A stretch of 64,000 nucleotides of DNA from NCBI GenBank assembly GCA_963827475.1, contig CAWHAZ010000005.1:908817-972816 (forward strand), in the 5' to 3' direction. Below, in pieces: positions 62,365 to 64,000 of this stretch (its first letter is position 1; each line of letters begins with the position of its first letter). Both the position numbers and the translations under genes were made by a program. A model generated the notes under the pieces. The model was not told the origin of the DNA and did not search any database. It saw nothing but the letters and a program-made list of their open reading frames with translations. The DNA comes from an uncultured Chloroflexia bacterium. GTDB taxonomy: Bacteria > Chloroflexota > Limnocylindria > QHBO01.

Positions 62365-63486
62365 TCAGCGGGTGGCGGACCGCCGCGCCTTGCGCTTCGC
62401 GGACCACTCGTCCCAGGTGACGAGGATCTGGCTCGCGTTGAAGATCGACGAGTACGTCCCGCTCACGATCCCGATCAGCAGGGCCAGGGTGAAGGTCTGG
62501 ATCGTCACCGGGCCGAGGAGCAGCAGGGCAGCGGTGGTCGCGACCACGGTCAGGGAGGTGTTGATCGACCGGCCCATGGTCTGGAGGATCGAGTGGTTCA
62601 CGATCGCGCCGAACGACTCCCCGGCGTGGCGAAGGCGGTTCTCCCGGATCCGGTCGAAGACCACGATCGAGTCGTGGACGGAGAAGCCGATGACGGTGAG
62701 CAGCGCGGTCACGAACAAGGCGTCGAACTCGACACCGAAGAAGTAGCCGAGGATGGCGAACGCGCCCACGACCACGATCACGTCGTGGAGGAGGGCGATG
62801 ATCGCCGCCGTCCCGAAGCGGATGCTCCGGAACCGGTACCACAGGTACAGCAGGATGAACGCCTCGCCGACGGCGAGGATGATGATCGAGCTCCGGATGA
62901 GCTCCGAACCGATGATCGCGCCGACCGTGTCCAGCGAGCGGGTCTCCGAGAAGCCGAACTCGGCCTCCAGCCCCTGGACCAGCTCCTCGATCGGGGTTCC
63001 CTCGATCGCTGGCGGAGGCGGCGTGGCCTCAGGGCTGGAAGTCGCCGACGGTGCCGGGGTCGGGCTCGGCGTCGGCGATGGGGTGGGGGTCGCGCTCGGT
63101 GCTTGGCTCGGCGACTCGGAAGCGCTGCCACTCGGGGCAGGCGTCTCCGCGGACGAGGCCGACGGGCTGGGGGTCGGCGACGGCGACGAGGTCGGCGCCG
63201 GGGTCGGGATGCCGCCGACGATCGGGAACTCGATCGGCTCCAGGCGCACCTCGAGGAATCCGCTGTCCACCTCGACCACGACGGCCTCCGGATGGTCGAG
63301 CGCGACCAGGGCGGCCTGGACCTCCGCCGCCGACGGATCGTCCGCGAAGCGGACCTGCCAGACCGTGCCGCCGGTGTAGTCGATCGACGGCTTCAGCCCG
63401 CCGAGGGCGATGAAGATGAGCCCCGGGACGGTGATCAGGGCGCTGAAGAGGTAGTACCAGCGGCGCTTGCCGACGATGTCGTACAT
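62365..63486 (-). CDS. secF: Protein translocase subunit SecF with a ~70-aa Pro/Ser/Thr-rich insertion in the periplasmic domain
   Basis: SecF TM core (...LHDVIVVVGAFAILG...GFSVHDSIVVFDRIREN). Confidence 0.88.
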   Translation of the reverse strand: MYDIVGKRRWYYLFSALITVPGLIFIALGGLKPSIDYTGGTVWQVRFADDPSAAEVQAALVALDHPEAVVVEVDSGFLEVRLEPIEFPIVGGIPTPAPTSSPSPTPSPSASSAETPAPSGSASESPSQAPSATPTPSPTPSPTPAPSATSSPEATPPPPAIEGTPIEELVQGLEAEFGFSETRSLDTVGAIIGSELIRSSIIILAVGEAFILLYLWYRFRSIRFGTAAIIALLHDVIVVVGAFAILGYFFGVEFDALFVTALLTVIGFSVHDSIVVFDRIRENRLRHAGESFGAIVNHSILQTMGRSINTSLTVVATTAALLLLGPVTIQTFTLALLIGIVSGTYSSIFNASQILVTWDEWSAKRKARRSATR

Positions 63487-63489
63487 CGG

Positions 63490-64000
63490 TCAGCGCTCCA
63501 CGTGGTAGAGCTCGATCCGGCGTCCCCACTCGCGGTGGATGGCCATCCGGAGCAGGGTCCGGGTCACGACCACGGCGCTGAACATCGAGACCAGGACACC
63601 GATGCCGAGCACGAGGGCGAAGCCCTTGATCACGCTGCTGCCCTGCCAGAACAGCCAGCCGGCGATGAGCAGCGAGCTGACGTTCGAGTCGAGGATGCTC
63701 GACCAGGCGCGGTTGAAGCCGGCCTCGATGGCCGGTCCGAGCGTCTTGCCGGCGCGGATCTCCTCCTTCATCCGCTCGAAGATGAGGATGTTGGCGTCCA
63801 CCGCCATGCCGATGCTCAGGATGAAGGCCGCGACCCCGGCCAGCGTCAGGGTGACCGGCACGATCCGGAAGATGGCGTACACCACCAGCGTGTAGAAGAG
63901 CAGCGCGAGGGACGCCAGCACGCCGGGCAGGCGGTAGTTCGCGATCATGAAGAACAGGACGAGGGCCAGCCCCACCACCCCGGCGATGAGGGCCTGGGTC
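63490..64000 (-). CDS. secD: Protein translocase subunit SecD (C-terminal part; continues beyond the window)
   Basis: TM core ...SIGMAVDANILIFERMKEE. Confidence 0.85.
   Translation of the reverse strand, partial: TQALIAGVVGLALVLFFMIANYRLPGVLASLALLFYTLVVYAIFRIVPVTLTLAGVAAFILSIGMAVDANILIFERMKEEIRAGKTLGPAIEAGFNRAWSSILDSNVSSLLIAGWLFWQGSSVIKGFALVLGIGVLVSMFSAVVVTRTLLRMAIHREWGRRIELYHVER

Noticed and set aside
1-64000. CRISPR arrays, integrases, transposases, toxin-antitoxin pairs
   Set aside because: No short regularly spaced direct repeats were seen and no recombinase or transposase motifs appear in any frame. The repeated GAGTATAGC strings are dispersed promoter elements rather than an array.

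Overview
This 64 kb window is about 70% GC and almost entirely coding on the minus strand. It looks like a high-GC Gram-positive (Actinobacteria-like, or possibly Chloroflexi) chromosome: it carries WhiA, LspA, a type-2 IleRS with a T-box leader, and a WS/DGAT gene. Gene order is the classic core synteny: yraN-rnhB-rplS-trmD-rimM-KH-rpsP-ffh-ftsY-smc-rnc-acpP-(nusB-like)-plsX-rpmF-yceD, then coaD-rsmD-recG, rpmB, dtd, rpe-rlmN, fmt-def-priA-gmk, rluD-lspA-ileS, ilvE, rpsR-ssb-rpsF, then a tRNA-Leu-anchored island of about 11.5 kb, two tRNA clusters (8 tRNAs), lemA-htpX, secG-gpmI-tpiA-whiA-yvcK-rapZ, an HDAC gene, tatAC, pyrF, recJ and secDF. No CRISPR, integrase or transposase was found. Four points stand out. 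First, the tandem degraded genomic islands are bounded by direct repeats of the tRNA-Leu(TAA) 3' end and carry lipid-metabolism genes, two membrane proteins and a decayed cyclase/ATPase/TPR regulator. Second, there are at least 16 apparent frameshifts, including several in essential genes (smc, tpiA, gmk, gpmI). This most likely reflects indel errors in the assembly; extensive pseudogenisation is the less likely alternative. Third, rapZ retains only its C-terminal domain, has its own leaderless promoter, and sits next to an HDAC-family gene. Fourth, a recurring GCTATACT -10 motif marks promoters, some of which give leaderless transcripts. The long plus-strand ORFs in the track are GC-driven antisense artefacts.
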